The notes: generated by a model not told the origin, from the sequence alone. Counted from the first letter of the stretch, positions 42,935 through 53,938 are shown. The stretch: DNA of 64,000 bases from Gemmatimonadota bacterium (GCA_036679645.1 JAZDCY010000041.1:134-64133), one strand, 5' to 3'. Program-made: numbers and translations.

Positions 42935-44297
42935 ACCCGAAGCCGCCGGGCGCCTGCGCCAGGCACCGTGGAGTCCCGAGGCCGAGCAATCGGTCCTCGG
43001 CGCCGTGCTGCTCGACCAGGACGCCGCCCTGAAGGCAGTCCAGCTGCTCGACGACACCGCCTTCTACCGCGACGCACACCGCCGGATCTTTCGCGCCATG
43101 TCCGACCTCGTCGACCGCGGTGACGTGCTCGACCCGGTCGTGCTGCGCGACGAGCTGTCGCGGCGCGGTGACCTGGAGGCGGCGGGAGGGATGGACTATC
43201 TGGCGGAGCTGCTGGACGTCATTCCCACCGCGGCCAACGTCGAGTTCCATTGCCGCATCGTCAAGGAAAAGTCCCTGCTGCGCCGCCTCATCGAGGTGGG
43301 CTCGGGACTGGTGCAGACCGCGTACGAGGGACGACACGACGTAGGCCAGCTACTCGACGAGGCCGAACAGCGCGTGTTCGAGGTCTCGCAGGCGCGCGGT
43401 ATGCAGGAAGCGGTGCGCATCAAGGAGCTGATGTGGCGCGCAATGGAACGCATAGAAGCGCGCGACCGAGGCGATGAATCGGTACGAGGTGTGCCCAGCG
43501 GTTTCACAGATTTGGACGACAAGACGAACGGCTTCCAGCGGAGCGACCTGATCATCATCGCCGCCCGCCCATCGATGGGCAAGACGTCGTTCTGCCTCAA
43601 TGTCGCCGCGAATGCGGCCCTGGAGCACAAGGTACCTGTTGCGGTGTTTTCGCTCGAAATGTCCAAGGACCAGCTCGTCGAACGGCTGCTTGCCGCGGAG
43701 AGCTTCGTGGATCTGCACCGGCTGCGCAGCGGCGGGCTGCGGCCCGACGATTACCCCAAGCTGTCGCGCGCCGCAGGCTTGTTGGGCACGGCACCCATCT
43801 GGATCGACGACTCGCCGGCGTTGACGCTTCTCGAGCTGCGGTCAAAAGCCCGCCGCCTCAAAGCGGAGCATGATATCCAGCTCTTTGTGGTTGACTATCT
43901 GCAGCTCATTCGCGGTTCGGGTCGCAACGAGAGCCGGCAGGAAGAGATTAGCTACATCTCGCGCTCGCTCAAGGCGCTGGCGCGCGAGCTCGAGACACCT
44001 GTCATTGCGCTCTCCCAACTCTCGCGAGCGCCCGAACAGCGGGGTGGAGACAGACGCCCCATGCTGTCCGATCTGCGCGACTCGGGGGCAATCGAGCAGG
44101 ACGCCGATGTCGTGGTATTCATCTACCGGCCAGAGGTCTACCCAACCTTGGAAGTCAAGGAAGAGACTGAGAAAGGGACCGCGGAGCTAAACATCGCAAA
44201 GCATCGGAACGGACCAACCGGAACCGTGAAAGTGACTTTCATCAAGGAGTTCACCCGGTTCGACAACTACTCGGCTCGGACACGCGATGGCGGCTAG
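42897..44297 (+). CDS. dnaB: replicative DNA helicase DnaB
   Basis: PWSPEAEQSVLGAVLLD, GFTDLDDKTNGFQRSDLIIIAARPSMGKTSF (Walker A), FVVDYLQLI, LSQLSR, DADVVVFIYRPE. Normal length, no intein. Confidence 0.95.
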   Translation: MTFVSPVSSSTAEPEAAGRLRQAPWSPEAEQSVLGAVLLDQDAALKAVQLLDDTAFYRDAHRRIFRAMSDLVDRGDVLDPVVLRDELSRRGDLEAAGGMDYLAELLDVIPTAANVEFHCRIVKEKSLLRRLIEVGSGLVQTAYEGRHDVGQLLDEAEQRVFEVSQARGMQEAVRIKELMWRAMERIEARDRGDESVRGVPSGFTDLDDKTNGFQRSDLIIIAARPSMGKTSFCLNVAANAALEHKVPVAVFSLEMSKDQLVERLLAAESFVDLHRLRSGGLRPDDYPKLSRAAGLLGTAPIWIDDSPALTLLELRSKARRLKAEHDIQLFVVDYLQLIRGSGRNESRQEEISYISRSLKALARELETPVIALSQLSRAPEQRGGDRRPMLSDLRDSGAIEQDADVVVFIYRPEVYPTLEVKEETEKGTAELNIAKHRNGPTGTVKVTFIKEFTRFDNYSARTRDGG

Positions 44298-45645
44298 GCG
44301 ACACACCGTATACCGCTGCGCCGATTGCGGAACCGACCACCCCAAGTGGGGAGGTCGCTGCGACGATTGCGGCGCGTGGAATACGCTCGTGGAAGAGCTG
44401 GCGGAAGGGCGCAAGGGCAGGAGGGAAGGAGGTTGGACAGAAACACCTCCCCGATCGCCGGTGCGTCTTGCCGACGTATCGGCAGCGGACACACCACGCC
44501 TCTCGACCGGCATTACTGAACTCGATTTCGTCATGGGTGGAGGTATCGTACCTGGCTCTGTCGTCCTCATCGGTGGCGAGCCGGGCATTGGCAAGTCGAC
44601 GCTATTGCTGCAAGCCGCCGCGCGACTTCAGGGGGCCGGCGTCCTGACCCTCTATGCGTCGGGCGAAGAGTCGGCCGAGCAAGTACGGCTCCGCGCGGAA
44701 CGGCTCGACGAGGATGCGGGCGACGTCCTCGTGGTGGCCGAGGTCCGCGTCGAGGCGATCACCGCGCACGCGGCGGCCACCGGTGCCAAGGTGGTCGTGG
44801 TCGATTCGATCCAGACCGCGTACACCGACGAGTTGGAAGGCGCACCCGGGAACGTGGGCCAGGTACGCGAGTGCGCGGCGCGCCTCATGCGATACGCGAA
44901 GGCGACGGGGACCGCAGTGATCCTGATTGGTCACGTGACGCGCGGCGGCGTGATAGCCGGTCCGAAAACGCTGGAGCACGTCGTCGATACGGTCATCTAC
45001 TTCGAGGGCGCATCTGCCCACGAGTTTCGCGTATTGCGTGCGGTGAAGAACCGCTTCGGCTCGGTGGACGAGGTGGGCGTGTTCGAGATGACGGCTCGCG
45101 GCCTGCTGCCCGTTGCCAATCCGTCGGCGGCTTTTCTTGCCGGGCGCGACGCAGAATCACCGGGATCGGCGGTGACCGCGCTCATGGAGGGAACGCGCCC
45201 CGTGCTGCTCGAGATCCAGGCGCTCGCCGCCAAGTCGGGGTTTGGCACGCCGCAACGGGTCGCGACGGGGCTCGACCACAAGCGGCTCGCCGTGTTGCTC
45301 GCCGTGCTCGAGCGCCGCGCCGGTATCGCGTTCCACGACCAGGACGTGTTCGTGAACGTCACGGGTGGTGTGCGGCTCGTCGAGCCAGCGACAGACCTCG
45401 CAGTCGTGGCAGCACTCGTCTCGAGCGTTACGGATCGGCCGTTGCCGGCGGACGCGTTGTTTCTGGGCGAGGTTGGGCTGGGTGGTGAGGTACGCCCGGT
45501 TCCCGCCGTCGACCGACGTCTCGCCGAGGCCGTGCGGCTGGGCTTTCGCCGTGTCTATGCGGCCGCGGCAAAACCGTTCGCGTCACCAATCGAGACAGTT
45601 TCCATCACACACGTCGTAGATGTCGGGCGCCAGCTCGCTGTCTGA
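44287..45645 (+). CDS. radA: DNA repair protein RadA/Sms
   Basis: YRCADCGTDHPKWGGRCDDCGAWNT zinc finger, GGEPGIGKSTLLLQ (Walker A), KNRFG, and a Lon-like C-terminal domain. Confidence 0.95.
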   Translation: MAARRHTVYRCADCGTDHPKWGGRCDDCGAWNTLVEELAEGRKGRREGGWTETPPRSPVRLADVSAADTPRLSTGITELDFVMGGGIVPGSVVLIGGEPGIGKSTLLLQAAARLQGAGVLTLYASGEESAEQVRLRAERLDEDAGDVLVVAEVRVEAITAHAAATGAKVVVVDSIQTAYTDELEGAPGNVGQVRECAARLMRYAKATGTAVILIGHVTRGGVIAGPKTLEHVVDTVIYFEGASAHEFRVLRAVKNRFGSVDEVGVFEMTARGLLPVANPSAAFLAGRDAESPGSAVTALMEGTRPVLLEIQALAAKSGFGTPQRVATGLDHKRLAVLLAVLERRAGIAFHDQDVFVNVTGGVRLVEPATDLAVVAALVSSVTDRPLPADALFLGEVGLGGEVRPVPAVDRRLAEAVRLGFRRVYAAAAKPFASPIETVSITHVVDVGRQLAV

Positions 45646-46312
45646 CGTCGGGGTCTTGATTGCGGCGGGCGGGCGCGGTGAACGCGCGGGACCCGGCGGC
45701 CCGAAGCAGCTGCGCCCGATCGGTGGCGCACCGATGTTGTTGCGGGCCGTGCGGCCGTTTGCACAACATCCTCGCGTGCGCCAGATCGTGATCGCACTCC
45801 CACCGGAGGTGATCCACGATCCGCCAAACTGGCTGCGTGAACTCGTAGGCGATCGGCTTTGCCTGGTGCCGGGCGGCGAAACGCGTCAGGCATCGGTGGC
45901 GTCCGCGCTCGCGGTGCTACACCCGGATTGCCGCATCGTCCTGGTGCACGATGCGGCCCGTCCGTTCGTGACCAATGCGGAGATCGATCCGGTCATCGCC
46001 GCCGCGGAGACGGGAAACGCGGCGCTCGTCGCCATCCCGATTTCCGATACGCTCAAGCGCACCGACGACGGTCGTACGGTGACCGCGACCGTCTCCCGCG
46101 AGGGGTTATGGCGCGCGCAAACCCCACAGGGATTCCCGCGGGAGCTCTTCGAGAAAGCACATGAGCGGGTCGCGGACGCGACACTCACCGACGATGCCGC
46201 TCTGGTCGAGGCCGTGGGCGGAACCGTCGTGCTCGTGCACGGACGGAGTGCAAACATCAAGGTGACCACGCCGGAAGACTTCCGACTGGCAGAAGCGCTG
46301 GTGAGCACGTGA
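45620..46312 (+). CDS. ispD: 2-C-methyl-D-erythritol 4-phosphate cytidylyltransferase
   Basis: VLIAAGGRGERAG...KQLRPIGG, VLVHDAARPF, AIPISDTLKR, WRAQTPQGF. Confidence 0.9.
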   Translation: MSGASSLSDVGVLIAAGGRGERAGPGGPKQLRPIGGAPMLLRAVRPFAQHPRVRQIVIALPPEVIHDPPNWLRELVGDRLCLVPGGETRQASVASALAVLHPDCRIVLVHDAARPFVTNAEIDPVIAAAETGNAALVAIPISDTLKRTDDGRTVTATVSREGLWRAQTPQGFPRELFEKAHERVADATLTDDAALVEAVGGTVVLVHGRSANIKVTTPEDFRLAEALVST

Positions 46313-46959
46313 CCGTACTCCCGTTCAATACTCCCACAGATTGCGCCGCCGCGCATGAATCGGTTGCCGAGCATCTTCGAGGCGGCGGGTTGCTCGCGTA
46401 CCCGACGGAGACCGTCTACGGGCTTGGCTCGCGACCGCTGGTGCCTGATGTCGCGGCACTGTCGGAGCTCAAGGGACGACCACCGGGCAAACCGTTTCTG
46501 GTACTCGTGTCCGGCCGTTCGATGGCCGAAGCGTGGGGTCTTTTCTTCACGCCCGCCGCACATGCGCTGTCCGAGGCCTTCTGGCCCGGCCCGTTGACGC
46601 TGATCCTGCAAGGCGGAACTCGGCTTCCCGACACCTTGCGTGGCCCCGAAGGGGGAATCGCGATCCGGTGGACGTCCCACGAGGGCGTCGCGGGGCTGAT
46701 CGCGGCCCTGAGGGAGCCACTCACCTCGACATCGGCGAATCGTCCGGGCGGGCCCACGGCCCCCGGGGTTGGCGCTATCGTCGAGACATTTGGTGACGCG
46801 GTCACCGCGGGCACGTTACTCGTCCTGGACGGCGGCGTGCTGGGCAATGTCCCCCCGTCGACGCTCGTCGATTGCACCGGCCCCGTACCGCGACTCGTGC
46901 GCGAGGGCGCGTTGCCGCGCGCCGAACTGCAGGCCGCTGCCGGGAGCTTTGCACCGTGA
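46309..46959 (+). CDS. tsaC: L-threonylcarbamoyladenylate synthase (YrdC/Sua5 domain)
   Basis: LLAYPTETVYGLG, KGRPPGKPFLVLV, FWPGPLTLIL, IRWTSH, TSANRPGGP, PSTLVDCTG. Confidence 0.85.
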   Translation: MTVLPFNTPTDCAAAHESVAEHLRGGGLLAYPTETVYGLGSRPLVPDVAALSELKGRPPGKPFLVLVSGRSMAEAWGLFFTPAAHALSEAFWPGPLTLILQGGTRLPDTLRGPEGGIAIRWTSHEGVAGLIAALREPLTSTSANRPGGPTAPGVGAIVETFGDAVTAGTLLVLDGGVLGNVPPSTLVDCTGPVPRLVREGALPRAELQAAAGSFAP

Positions 46960-47435
46960 TCCACGTTCTGTTCGTCTGCACGGGCAACATCTGCCGGAGT
47001 CCGCTCGCCGAGGCGCTGTTGAAGCGCGAACTGGCCGCGCGGGGCCTCGAAGGAATGGATGTGTCGTCCGCCGGCACCGGCGCGTGGGACGGTGCGACCG
47101 CGTCGGAGGGCGCACTCCTGGTCGGACTCGAGCAGAACCTCGATCTGTCCGAGCACCGAGCACGCTTGCTCACGCGCGACGTGGTCGAGCGTTCGGCCGT
47201 GATCTTCACCATGGCACGCCATCACCGGGCACGGGTGCTCGAGCTGGGTGGCGATGATCGCGCGCACGTGTTGGGGGAGTACGCGGGGCGTGCCGGTCCC
47301 GAAGCGGAAGTGAGCGACCCATTCGGCGGCGATATCGAGTTGTACCGCGCGACCTATGACGAACTGGACGAGTTGGTCCGTATTGCGATCGGCCGACTCG
47401 CCAATGAGCTGCATGATCCCCCCGCACGGGAGTAG
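46956..47435 (+). CDS. low-molecular-weight protein tyrosine (or arsenate-reductase-like) phosphatase
   Basis: VLFVCTGNICRSPLAEAL (CX5R-S P-loop) and DPFGG. GTGA overlap with the tsaC stop; the track start 46872 lies inside tsaC. Confidence 0.85.
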   Translation: MIHVLFVCTGNICRSPLAEALLKRELAARGLEGMDVSSAGTGAWDGATASEGALLVGLEQNLDLSEHRARLLTRDVVERSAVIFTMARHHRARVLELGGDDRAHVLGEYAGRAGPEAEVSDPFGGDIELYRATYDELDELVRIAIGRLANELHDPPARE

Positions 47436-47439
47436 CCGG

Positions 47440-48228
47440 GTGCTCGCCATCCTTGGCGATCCCGTCGCGCATTCCCTCTCACCCGCCATGCAGAACGCCG
47501 CCATCGCAGCCCTCGGGCTCGACGCCGTGTACGTGGCGTTTCGCGTGCCCACCACCGCACTCGACGACGCTCTCGACGTCCTGACCGCGCTCGGCGTCGC
47601 CGGTAATATCACGGTGCCGCACAAGGTGCCCGCGGCCGCACGACTAACCACGCTCACCGCGACCGCCCGCGCCGTGGGCGCGGTGAACACGTTCTGGTCC
47701 GACGACGCCGGCGTGCATGGAGACAACACGGACGTTGCCGGTGTGCTCGCGTCGGTCGATCACCTCGAGGCCGCCGGCCCGTGGATCGTCTGCGGCACCG
47801 GGGGGGCGGCACGGGCGGTCGCCGTCGCCGCCGCCCAGCGAGACGTGCGACTGCTGCTCCGATCGCGATCCGCAGACCGCGCGGCAGCGTTTGCCGAGTG
47901 GGCGCGCGGGGCCGGTGCGGACGCCGCGGTGGACGATGCCGCCGATGCGCGGACGGCGATCAACGCCACGCCGCTAGGTCTGCATGCCGATGACCGCGCG
48001 CCGCTCGATCTGGATCACCTCGACGGCGTGGACGCGGTCCTGGACCTGGTATACACCCGGGGGGAAACGGCTTGGGTTCGCGACGCCCGGCGCCGCGGTC
48101 TTCGAGCGCTCGACGGACGGGCAATGCTCGTCGGTCAAGGGGTCGCAGCATTCGAGCGGTTCTTCCCCGACCACCGCGCCCCGCACGATATCATGCGGGC
48201 AACTGTCCAACGGCTGCTGGCCCCGTGA
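47440..48228 (+). CDS. aroE: shikimate dehydrogenase
   Basis: LAILGDPVAHSLSPAMQNAA, NITVPHK, GAVNT, GDNTDVAG, GTGGAARAV. Confidence 0.85.
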   Translation: MLAILGDPVAHSLSPAMQNAAIAALGLDAVYVAFRVPTTALDDALDVLTALGVAGNITVPHKVPAAARLTTLTATARAVGAVNTFWSDDAGVHGDNTDVAGVLASVDHLEAAGPWIVCGTGGAARAVAVAAAQRDVRLLLRSRSADRAAAFAEWARGAGADAAVDDAADARTAINATPLGLHADDRAPLDLDHLDGVDAVLDLVYTRGETAWVRDARRRGLRALDGRAMLVGQGVAAFERFFPDHRAPHDIMRATVQRLLAP

Positions 48229-48986
48229 CCACTTCGCTGCTCACAGCACTCGAACGATTCCTCCTGCCGAACACGTGTGTGGCGTGTGACGCGGCGGTGG
48301 AGCCCCACCGGCCCGATGCGCTAGTGTGCGGTACCTGCCAGGCGCGACTGCGCCGGCTGCCGGCCGGAGGGTGTGATCGCTGTCAGCAGCCGCTTCCGCC
48401 GGTCGGACCGTGTCGCTTCTGCGCGGACTGGCCCGAGACGCTCGATTCGGTGCTAAGCGCCTGCTGGCTCGCGGGTCCCGCACGGGCAATCGTGCATCAC
48501 CTCAAGTATCAGGGATACCACGCGCTCGCGGCCGACATGGTGCAGGGTATTGCGCGTGCGGTTCCGCGACCGGCGCGCGGCGTGCTCGTTCCCATTCCCG
48601 TGAGTGCGCGCCGGCGCCGTGAACGCGGTTACAACCAGGCGGGCGTGCTCGCAAGGCAGCTCGGCACCCAATGGGGACTCCCCGTCAACGAGACCGTGCT
48701 GGTCCGCGCTACGGATAGAGGATCGCAGACCGCACTCACCCCCGCCGAACGAATGGAGAACATGCGCGGCGTGTTCGCCGCAGTCTCCCCGCCCGGCCGC
48801 GCTGCGGAGAGACCCGGGATGCGTGTTATATTGATCGACGACGTCCTCACGACCGGCGCAACCCTTGGTGCCGCCGCAACAGCGCTTGCCCAGGCTGGCT
48901 GGAAGCGAGTGGCGGCGGTGACGTTCGCGCGCGCCCTTCCGTTCGAAATGCGCGCGATCGATCCGGGAAACTCCCTTTACAACTGA
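48225..48986 (+). CDS. ComF-family protein (phosphoribosyltransferase domain)
   Basis: N-terminal CVAC...CGTC...CDRC...CRFC zinc-finger cluster, RGYNQA, VILIDDVLTTGATL (PRTase motif). GTGA overlap with the aroE stop. Confidence 0.8.
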   Translation: MTTSLLTALERFLLPNTCVACDAAVEPHRPDALVCGTCQARLRRLPAGGCDRCQQPLPPVGPCRFCADWPETLDSVLSACWLAGPARAIVHHLKYQGYHALAADMVQGIARAVPRPARGVLVPIPVSARRRRERGYNQAGVLARQLGTQWGLPVNETVLVRATDRGSQTALTPAERMENMRGVFAAVSPPGRAAERPGMRVILIDDVLTTGATLGAAATALAQAGWKRVAAVTFARALPFEMRAIDPGNSLYN

Positions 48987-49012
48987 TTTCAACCTATGAG
49001 TGAGAGGAACGC

Positions 49013-50023
49013 ATGGGCGCACGGATAGCCATAAACGGATTCGGACGCATTGGGCGGAACGTGCTGCGCGCGATGAAGGCGAACGGGTCCTCGCTGAACA
49101 TCGTCGCTGTCAACGATCTGACCGACGCGGCGACGCTCGCCCATTTGTTGAAGTATGACTCCGTCCACGGCCGGTACCCCGGCGAAGTCACCGTCGACGG
49201 CGACCGCATCGTGGCCGACGGAGATGCGTTCACGGTGTACTCCGAGCGAGACCCCGCAAAACTCCCCTGGGGCGACCTCGGCGCGGATATCGTGCTCGAG
49301 TCGACCGGCATCTTCCGGGAGCGATCGCAGGCGGCAAAGCATATAGCAGCGGGTGCCAAGAAGGTGGTGATCTCGGCGCCGGCGAAGAACGAGGACATCA
49401 CCATCGTGATGGGCGTCAACGACGCGTCCTACGACGTCGCCCAACATCACGTGATCTCGAACGCCTCCTGCACGACCAACTGCCTCGTGCCGGTAGTCAA
49501 GGTCCTGCTCGACGCGTTCGGCTTCGAGCGCGGTTTCATGACGACGATACACTCCTACACAAACGATCAGCGCATTCTCGACCTGCCGCATTCGGATCTG
49601 CGCCGCGCGCGCGCCGCTGCGGTGAACATCATCCCGACCTCGACCGGTGCCGCCAGAGCCACGGCGTTGGTAATTCCGGAAGTGAAGGGCAAGATCGACG
49701 GCGTCGCGCTGCGTGTGCCGACGCCCAATGTGTCGCTGGTCGATCTCACCTGTGCCGTGTCGAAGACGACCGACACAGACAGCGTGAACGCCGCGTTCCG
49801 AGAGGCCGCCGCCGGTTCGCTCAAGAACATCCTCGCCGTCAGCGACGAGCCCCTCGTATCCACCGACTACATAGGGGACCACCACTCCAGCACGGTGGAC
49901 GCACTGAGCACCAACGTGATCGACGGGACGCTGGTGCACGTCTCTTCGTGGTACGACAACGAGATGGGATACTCGGCACGCTGCGTCGACCTGATGGAGA
50001 AGATCGCAGGATCGTTGGGGTGA
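49013..50023 (+). CDS. gap: glyceraldehyde-3-phosphate dehydrogenase (type I)
   Basis: [25 protein letters not shown] (catalytic Cys), WYDNEMGYS. Confidence 0.95.
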   Translation: MGARIAINGFGRIGRNVLRAMKANGSSLNIVAVNDLTDAATLAHLLKYDSVHGRYPGEVTVDGDRIVADGDAFTVYSERDPAKLPWGDLGADIVLESTGIFRERSQAAKHIAAGAKKVVISAPAKNEDITIVMGVNDASYDVAQHHVISNASCTTNCLVPVVKVLLDAFGFERGFMTTIHSYTNDQRILDLPHSDLRRARAAAVNIIPTSTGAARATALVIPEVKGKIDGVALRVPTPNVSLVDLTCAVSKTTDTDSVNAAFREAAAGSLKNILAVSDEPLVSTDYIGDHHSSTVDALSTNVIDGTLVHVSSWYDNEMGYSARCVDLMEKIAGSLG

Positions 50024-51210
50024 CCGTCCGCACGCTCACCTCGCTTGCGGACCAGCCGCTCGAAGGACTGCGCGCGCTGGTCCGCGTCGATTTCAACGTG
50101 CCCATCGCCGACGGCGCGGTCGCGGACCGCACGCGCATCCGCGCCGCCCTACCGACCATCCGGTGGCTACGCGAGCGCGGCTGCCGGGTCGTGCTGCTCT
50201 CGCACCTGGGCCGGCCCAAGGGAGCGCCCAACCCTGAGTTCTCGTTGCGGCCCATCGTACCCGCGCTCGAGACCGAGCTGGGCATCCCGGTGACGTTCCT
50301 GGATGATCCCACCGCAGAGAGTACGGTTCATGCGACGCGGCGCATGAAGCGCGGCGAGACTGCGCTCGCGGAAAACACGCGGTTCTCGCCCGGCGAAACA
50401 GAGAACGACCAGAACCTAGCCGCCGCGTTCGCCGCTCTCGGCGATTTCTTTGTCAACGACGCGTTCGGCACGGCGCATCGCGCGCACGCATCGACCGAAG
50501 CGGTGGCTCATCTGCTCAAGCCGGCGGTGGCCGGTTTGCTCATGGCCCGTGAGTTGAGCTACCTGTGCGAGGCGCTCGCCGAGCCGGAACGCCCGTTCGT
50601 GGCCGTGCTCGGCGGCGCCAAGATCTCCGGTAAGATCGACGTGATCGAACACCTGCTGCCGCGGGTCGATACGGTGCTGATTGGCGGCGCCATGGCGTGC
50701 ACCTTCTTCAAGGCGATGGGCCTGGAGGTCGGGACGTCGTTGGTCGAGGAGGATTGCGTGGACGTCGCGCGTCGGCTGCTCGAGAGCACGGAGAAGATCG
50801 TCGTGCCGCACGGCGGGGTCGTCGCGCAACGGCTCGACGTCGACACTCCGCGGCAAAGCGTGGCGCGCGAGGCCATCGCACCAGGCTGGGCCATGTACGA
50901 CATCGATGCCGCTACTTGCGACGACTTTGGCGCCCGGATCGCCGAAGCACGCACCGTGCTCTGGAACGGTCCCATGGGTGTCTTCGAGACACCGCCCTTC
51001 GATGCCGGCACACGTGCCGTGGCCCGGGCACTTGCAACCGCTACGGCGAACGGAACACTCACGGTCGTGGGCGGCGGCGACTCGGCGGCGGCGCTTGCGG
51101 CGGCCGGGCTGACAGATCAGGTAACCCACGTCTCAACGGGCGGCGGGGCATCGTTGGAGTTTCTCAAAGGGAGAACGCTGCCGGGTGTCGCCGCACTGGA
51201 CTCGACATGA
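50020..51210 (+). CDS. pgk: phosphoglycerate kinase
   Basis: [63 protein letters not shown] overlap with the gap stop. Confidence 0.95.
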   Translation: MTVRTLTSLADQPLEGLRALVRVDFNVPIADGAVADRTRIRAALPTIRWLRERGCRVVLLSHLGRPKGAPNPEFSLRPIVPALETELGIPVTFLDDPTAESTVHATRRMKRGETALAENTRFSPGETENDQNLAAAFAALGDFFVNDAFGTAHRAHASTEAVAHLLKPAVAGLLMARELSYLCEALAEPERPFVAVLGGAKISGKIDVIEHLLPRVDTVLIGGAMACTFFKAMGLEVGTSLVEEDCVDVARRLLESTEKIVVPHGGVVAQRLDVDTPRQSVAREAIAPGWAMYDIDAATCDDFGARIAEARTVLWNGPMGVFETPPFDAGTRAVARALATATANGTLTVVGGGDSAAALAAAGLTDQVTHVSTGGGASLEFLKGRTLPGVAALDST

Positions 51211-51956
51211 CAACGATCTTCGCCGGCAACTGGAAGATGCATCACGGCCCGACGGCGGCGGCAGAGCTGGTGTCGTCGTTCCTGGCCGAGTACACGGACA
51301 GCCCCGAGCGAGAGGTCTGGTTTTTCGCGCCCGCCGTGTCGGTCGCCGCCGTGGCGCGCGTCGTCGGACGACGGGCCGGGATACGGGTGGGAATCCAGAA
51401 CATCCGCTGGGAACCCAAGGGGGCGTTTACGGGGGAGACGTCGGTGGCGATGGCGTGCGACGCGGGTGCTACCGCCACACTAGTCGGTCACTCGGAACGC
51501 CGACACGTGTTCGGTGAAACCGATGATGAGACCGGAAAGAAGGTGCGTGCCGCCCTGGAAGGCGGTCTCGACCCCATGCTGTGCGTGGGTGAACTCCTGG
51601 AGGAACGTGAGCGCGGGGAGACACTCGACGTCGTGCGGCGCCAACTGCGGGTCCTCGAAGGCCTCGATGCCACATCGCTAGCACGCACGCCTGTTGCCTA
51701 CGAGCCCGTATGGGCTATCGGGACGGGCAAGAACGCCACACCCGCAGACGCGGCTGAGGTTCACGCCGAAATCCGCGAGATGCTGCTGGAACTCGGCGCG
51801 CCCGCCAAGACCGTGCGAGTCCTCTACGGTGGCAGCGTCAAACCGGCCAACGCGGGCGCCCTCATCAGCGAGCACGAGATCGACGGTGTCCTGGTCGGGG
51901 GTGCGTCGCTGGATCTGTCGTCGTGGCGGGAGATCGTGAGCGCCACGGCCGATTGA
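51207..51956 (+). CDS. tpiA: triosephosphate isomerase
   Basis: FAGNWKMH, LVGHSERRH, AYEPVWAIGTG, YGGSV. ATGA overlap with the pgk stop. Confidence 0.95.
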   Translation: MTTIFAGNWKMHHGPTAAAELVSSFLAEYTDSPEREVWFFAPAVSVAAVARVVGRRAGIRVGIQNIRWEPKGAFTGETSVAMACDAGATATLVGHSERRHVFGETDDETGKKVRAALEGGLDPMLCVGELLEERERGETLDVVRRQLRVLEGLDATSLARTPVAYEPVWAIGTGKNATPADAAEVHAEIREMLLELGAPAKTVRVLYGGSVKPANAGALISEHEIDGVLVGGASLDLSSWREIVSATAD

Positions 51957-52003
51957 CCGGCCGCCGGGAGGCCGGGTATCTTGCGCCGCAACAGGGGAGT
52001 CTG

Positions 52004-52399
52004 ATGATCTCGACGTTACTGCTAATAGCCTTGATCATCGACGCAATCGTGCTCTGCGTCGTGGTCCTTTTGCAGTCGGGGAAAGGTGGGGGTCTGGCCG
52101 CGATGGGCGGCGGCTCCTCGACCGACTCGTTTCTCGGGGGCCGTCAGGCGGTCACCATCCTCACGAAGACCTCGTGGTGGGGCGGGGGAATCTTCCTCTT
52201 CCTAGCGCTGATTCTCGCTGGGATTTCGACAAGCGGCGGCGCGCCTACTTCGGTCCTCGAGGGCCAGATCGGCGCTCCGCCACCGATTGTACCCCTTCCA
52301 TTGCCGCTCAACGTGGAACCGCAGCCGACTGAGGGAGCGACGCCAGACCAGGATCAGCCGGCACCACAGCCAACGCCAAACCCGGGCGGCGACAACTGA
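52004..52399 (+). CDS. secG: preprotein translocase subunit SecG with a Pro-rich C-terminal extension
   Basis: [37 protein letters not shown]..., a second TM ([15 protein letters not shown]), and the tail ...[40 protein letters not shown]. Confidence 0.85.
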   Translation: MISTLLLIALIIDAIVLCVVVLLQSGKGGGLAAMGGGSSTDSFLGGRQAVTILTKTSWWGGGIFLFLALILAGISTSGGAPTSVLEGQIGAPPPIVPLPLPLNVEPQPTEGATPDQDQPAPQPTPNPGGDN

Positions 52400-53505
52400 C
52401 CGCGGCGACCAGCACCCCCGCGTACCTGCTGACGGAAGACGGCGCGTGGTTCCCCGGAACCACGCGCCGTTCGTTTGGGCCGACCGCCGGCGAGGCCGTC
52501 TTTACGACCAATCTGACCGGCTACCAGGAGGTCTTTACCGACCCGTCCTACCTGGGCCAGATCGTCGTCATGACGGCTCCCATGATCGGGAACTACGGCA
52601 TCAACCTCGAAGATCTGGAATCGGAGAAACCGCAAGTGAGCGCCGTGGTTGTACGCGAACTCTCCCGATCGTACTCCAACTGGCGAGCCACGGGCTCCCT
52701 CGAGGACTGGTTGAACGAACGACAGATTCCCGTACTGGAAGGAGTGGACACTCGGAGGGTTACCCGGCACATCCGGTCGGTCGGGGCCATGCGTGCCGTA
52801 GTTGCCGAGGGCACGGAACCCGACGACCGCGTGAAGCAGGCGTTGGCAGACAGCCCCCACATGGCGGGGCTGGACCTGGCATCCCGCGCGACGGTGTCGG
52901 CCGAGCGGGCCGCTGGGGACCCAACCGCGCGACACCACGTGGTCGCATACGATTTCGGGATGAAAGCGAACATACTGAGGGTGCTTACCGAATGTGGCTG
53001 CCGCGTCACGGTGGTCCCGGCTACCACAACCGCCGCTCGCGTCCGCGAGTTGGACCCCGACGGCATCTTCCTCTCCAACGGTCCCGGTGACCCCGCCGCC
53101 GTGGGTTACGTCCTCGCCGAGCTGCGGGCCCTTGCCAATTCGGGCCTGCCGACCTTCGGCATCTGTCTGGGGCACCAACTGCTGGCGCTGGCGTTTGGGG
53201 CAACCACAGAAAAGCTCCCGTATGGTCATCGGGGAGGCAATCACCCGGTCCGCGACCTCGCCGACGGGAAAGTTCTGATCACCAGCCAGAATCACGGATT
53301 TGCTGTAGCTGGAAGCACTAAGGGCGTGTCAGGTACCAAAGTACTTGAAGTGACACACCTTAACCTCAATGACCACACCGTGGAAGGGGTAAGGCACCGT
53401 GAGCTGCCCACGTTTGGGGTGCAGTACCATCCGGAGGCCTCGCCGGGCCCTCACGACGCTAGAGGGCACTTCCTCGAATTCGTCCAAACTCTTGACAGTC
53501 AATAG
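52396..53505 (+). CDS. carA: carbamoyl-phosphate synthase small (glutaminase) subunit
   Basis: The conserved N-terminus [13 protein letters not shown]...[37 protein letters not shown] lies upstream of the first ATG (52570). Downstream: GICLGHQLL (catalytic Cys) and [12 protein letters not shown]. The only in-frame start-like codon near the expected N-terminus is CTG 52396, overlapping the secG stop. Confidence 0.85.
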   Translation: MTAATSTPAYLLTEDGAWFPGTTRRSFGPTAGEAVFTTNLTGYQEVFTDPSYLGQIVVMTAPMIGNYGINLEDLESEKPQVSAVVVRELSRSYSNWRATGSLEDWLNERQIPVLEGVDTRRVTRHIRSVGAMRAVVAEGTEPDDRVKQALADSPHMAGLDLASRATVSAERAAGDPTARHHVVAYDFGMKANILRVLTECGCRVTVVPATTTAARVRELDPDGIFLSNGPGDPAAVGYVLAELRALANSGLPTFGICLGHQLLALAFGATTEKLPYGHRGGNHPVRDLADGKVLITSQNHGFAVAGSTKGVSGTKVLEVTHLNLNDHTVEGVRHRELPTFGVQYHPEASPGPHDARGHFLEFVQTLDSQ

Positions 53506-53586
53506 GTAAGCTCCTATGTTGCCCCCCCGGCTTCTGGGACAGCGGTAGGCTCTGGAGGCCGTTCCCGCGCCGAATTAGGGGGACGC

Positions 53587-53910
53587 ATGACAAAGGCTGA
53601 TCTCGTCGAGAAGGTCACCGCCGCGATCGCCCGCACAGCCGGTCCAATGATCTCCAAGAAGGACTGCGCACGTGTGGTGGACGCGTTTCTCGACGCGGTA
53701 AGACAGTCCCTGGCAGACCAGCAGAACATCGAGATCCGCGGGTTCGGGACGTTCAAGATCCGCCAGCGGAAGACGCGTATGGCCCGGAACCCCCGCACGG
53801 GAGAGCCGGTCGAAGTCGCTGCGCGCCCGGTTCCGGTGTTCAAGCCGTCCAAGGAGTTGCGGACGTTGGTCGCCGGACCGGAAGAAGAAGCGGCACAGCC
53901 TCTTTCCTGA
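53587..53910 (+). CDS. HU/IHF-family DNA-binding protein (IHF-like)
   Basis: MTKADLVEKV..., IEIRGFGTFKIRQRKTRMARNPRTGEPVEVAARPVPVFKPSKEL. Confidence 0.85.
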   Translation: MTKADLVEKVTAAIARTAGPMISKKDCARVVDAFLDAVRQSLADQQNIEIRGFGTFKIRQRKTRMARNPRTGEPVEVAARPVPVFKPSKELRTLVAGPEEEAAQPLS

Positions 53911-53938
53911 CACCTCCGCGCGGTTTTTGGCTGACTAT

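Noticed and set aside
42897-45645. DnaB and RadA checked for inteins or defence-type helicase/nuclease fusions.
   Set aside because: Both have normal lengths (466 and 452 aa) and contiguous family motifs. The only oddity is the short G-rich linker segment in RadA, noted under the repeat findings.
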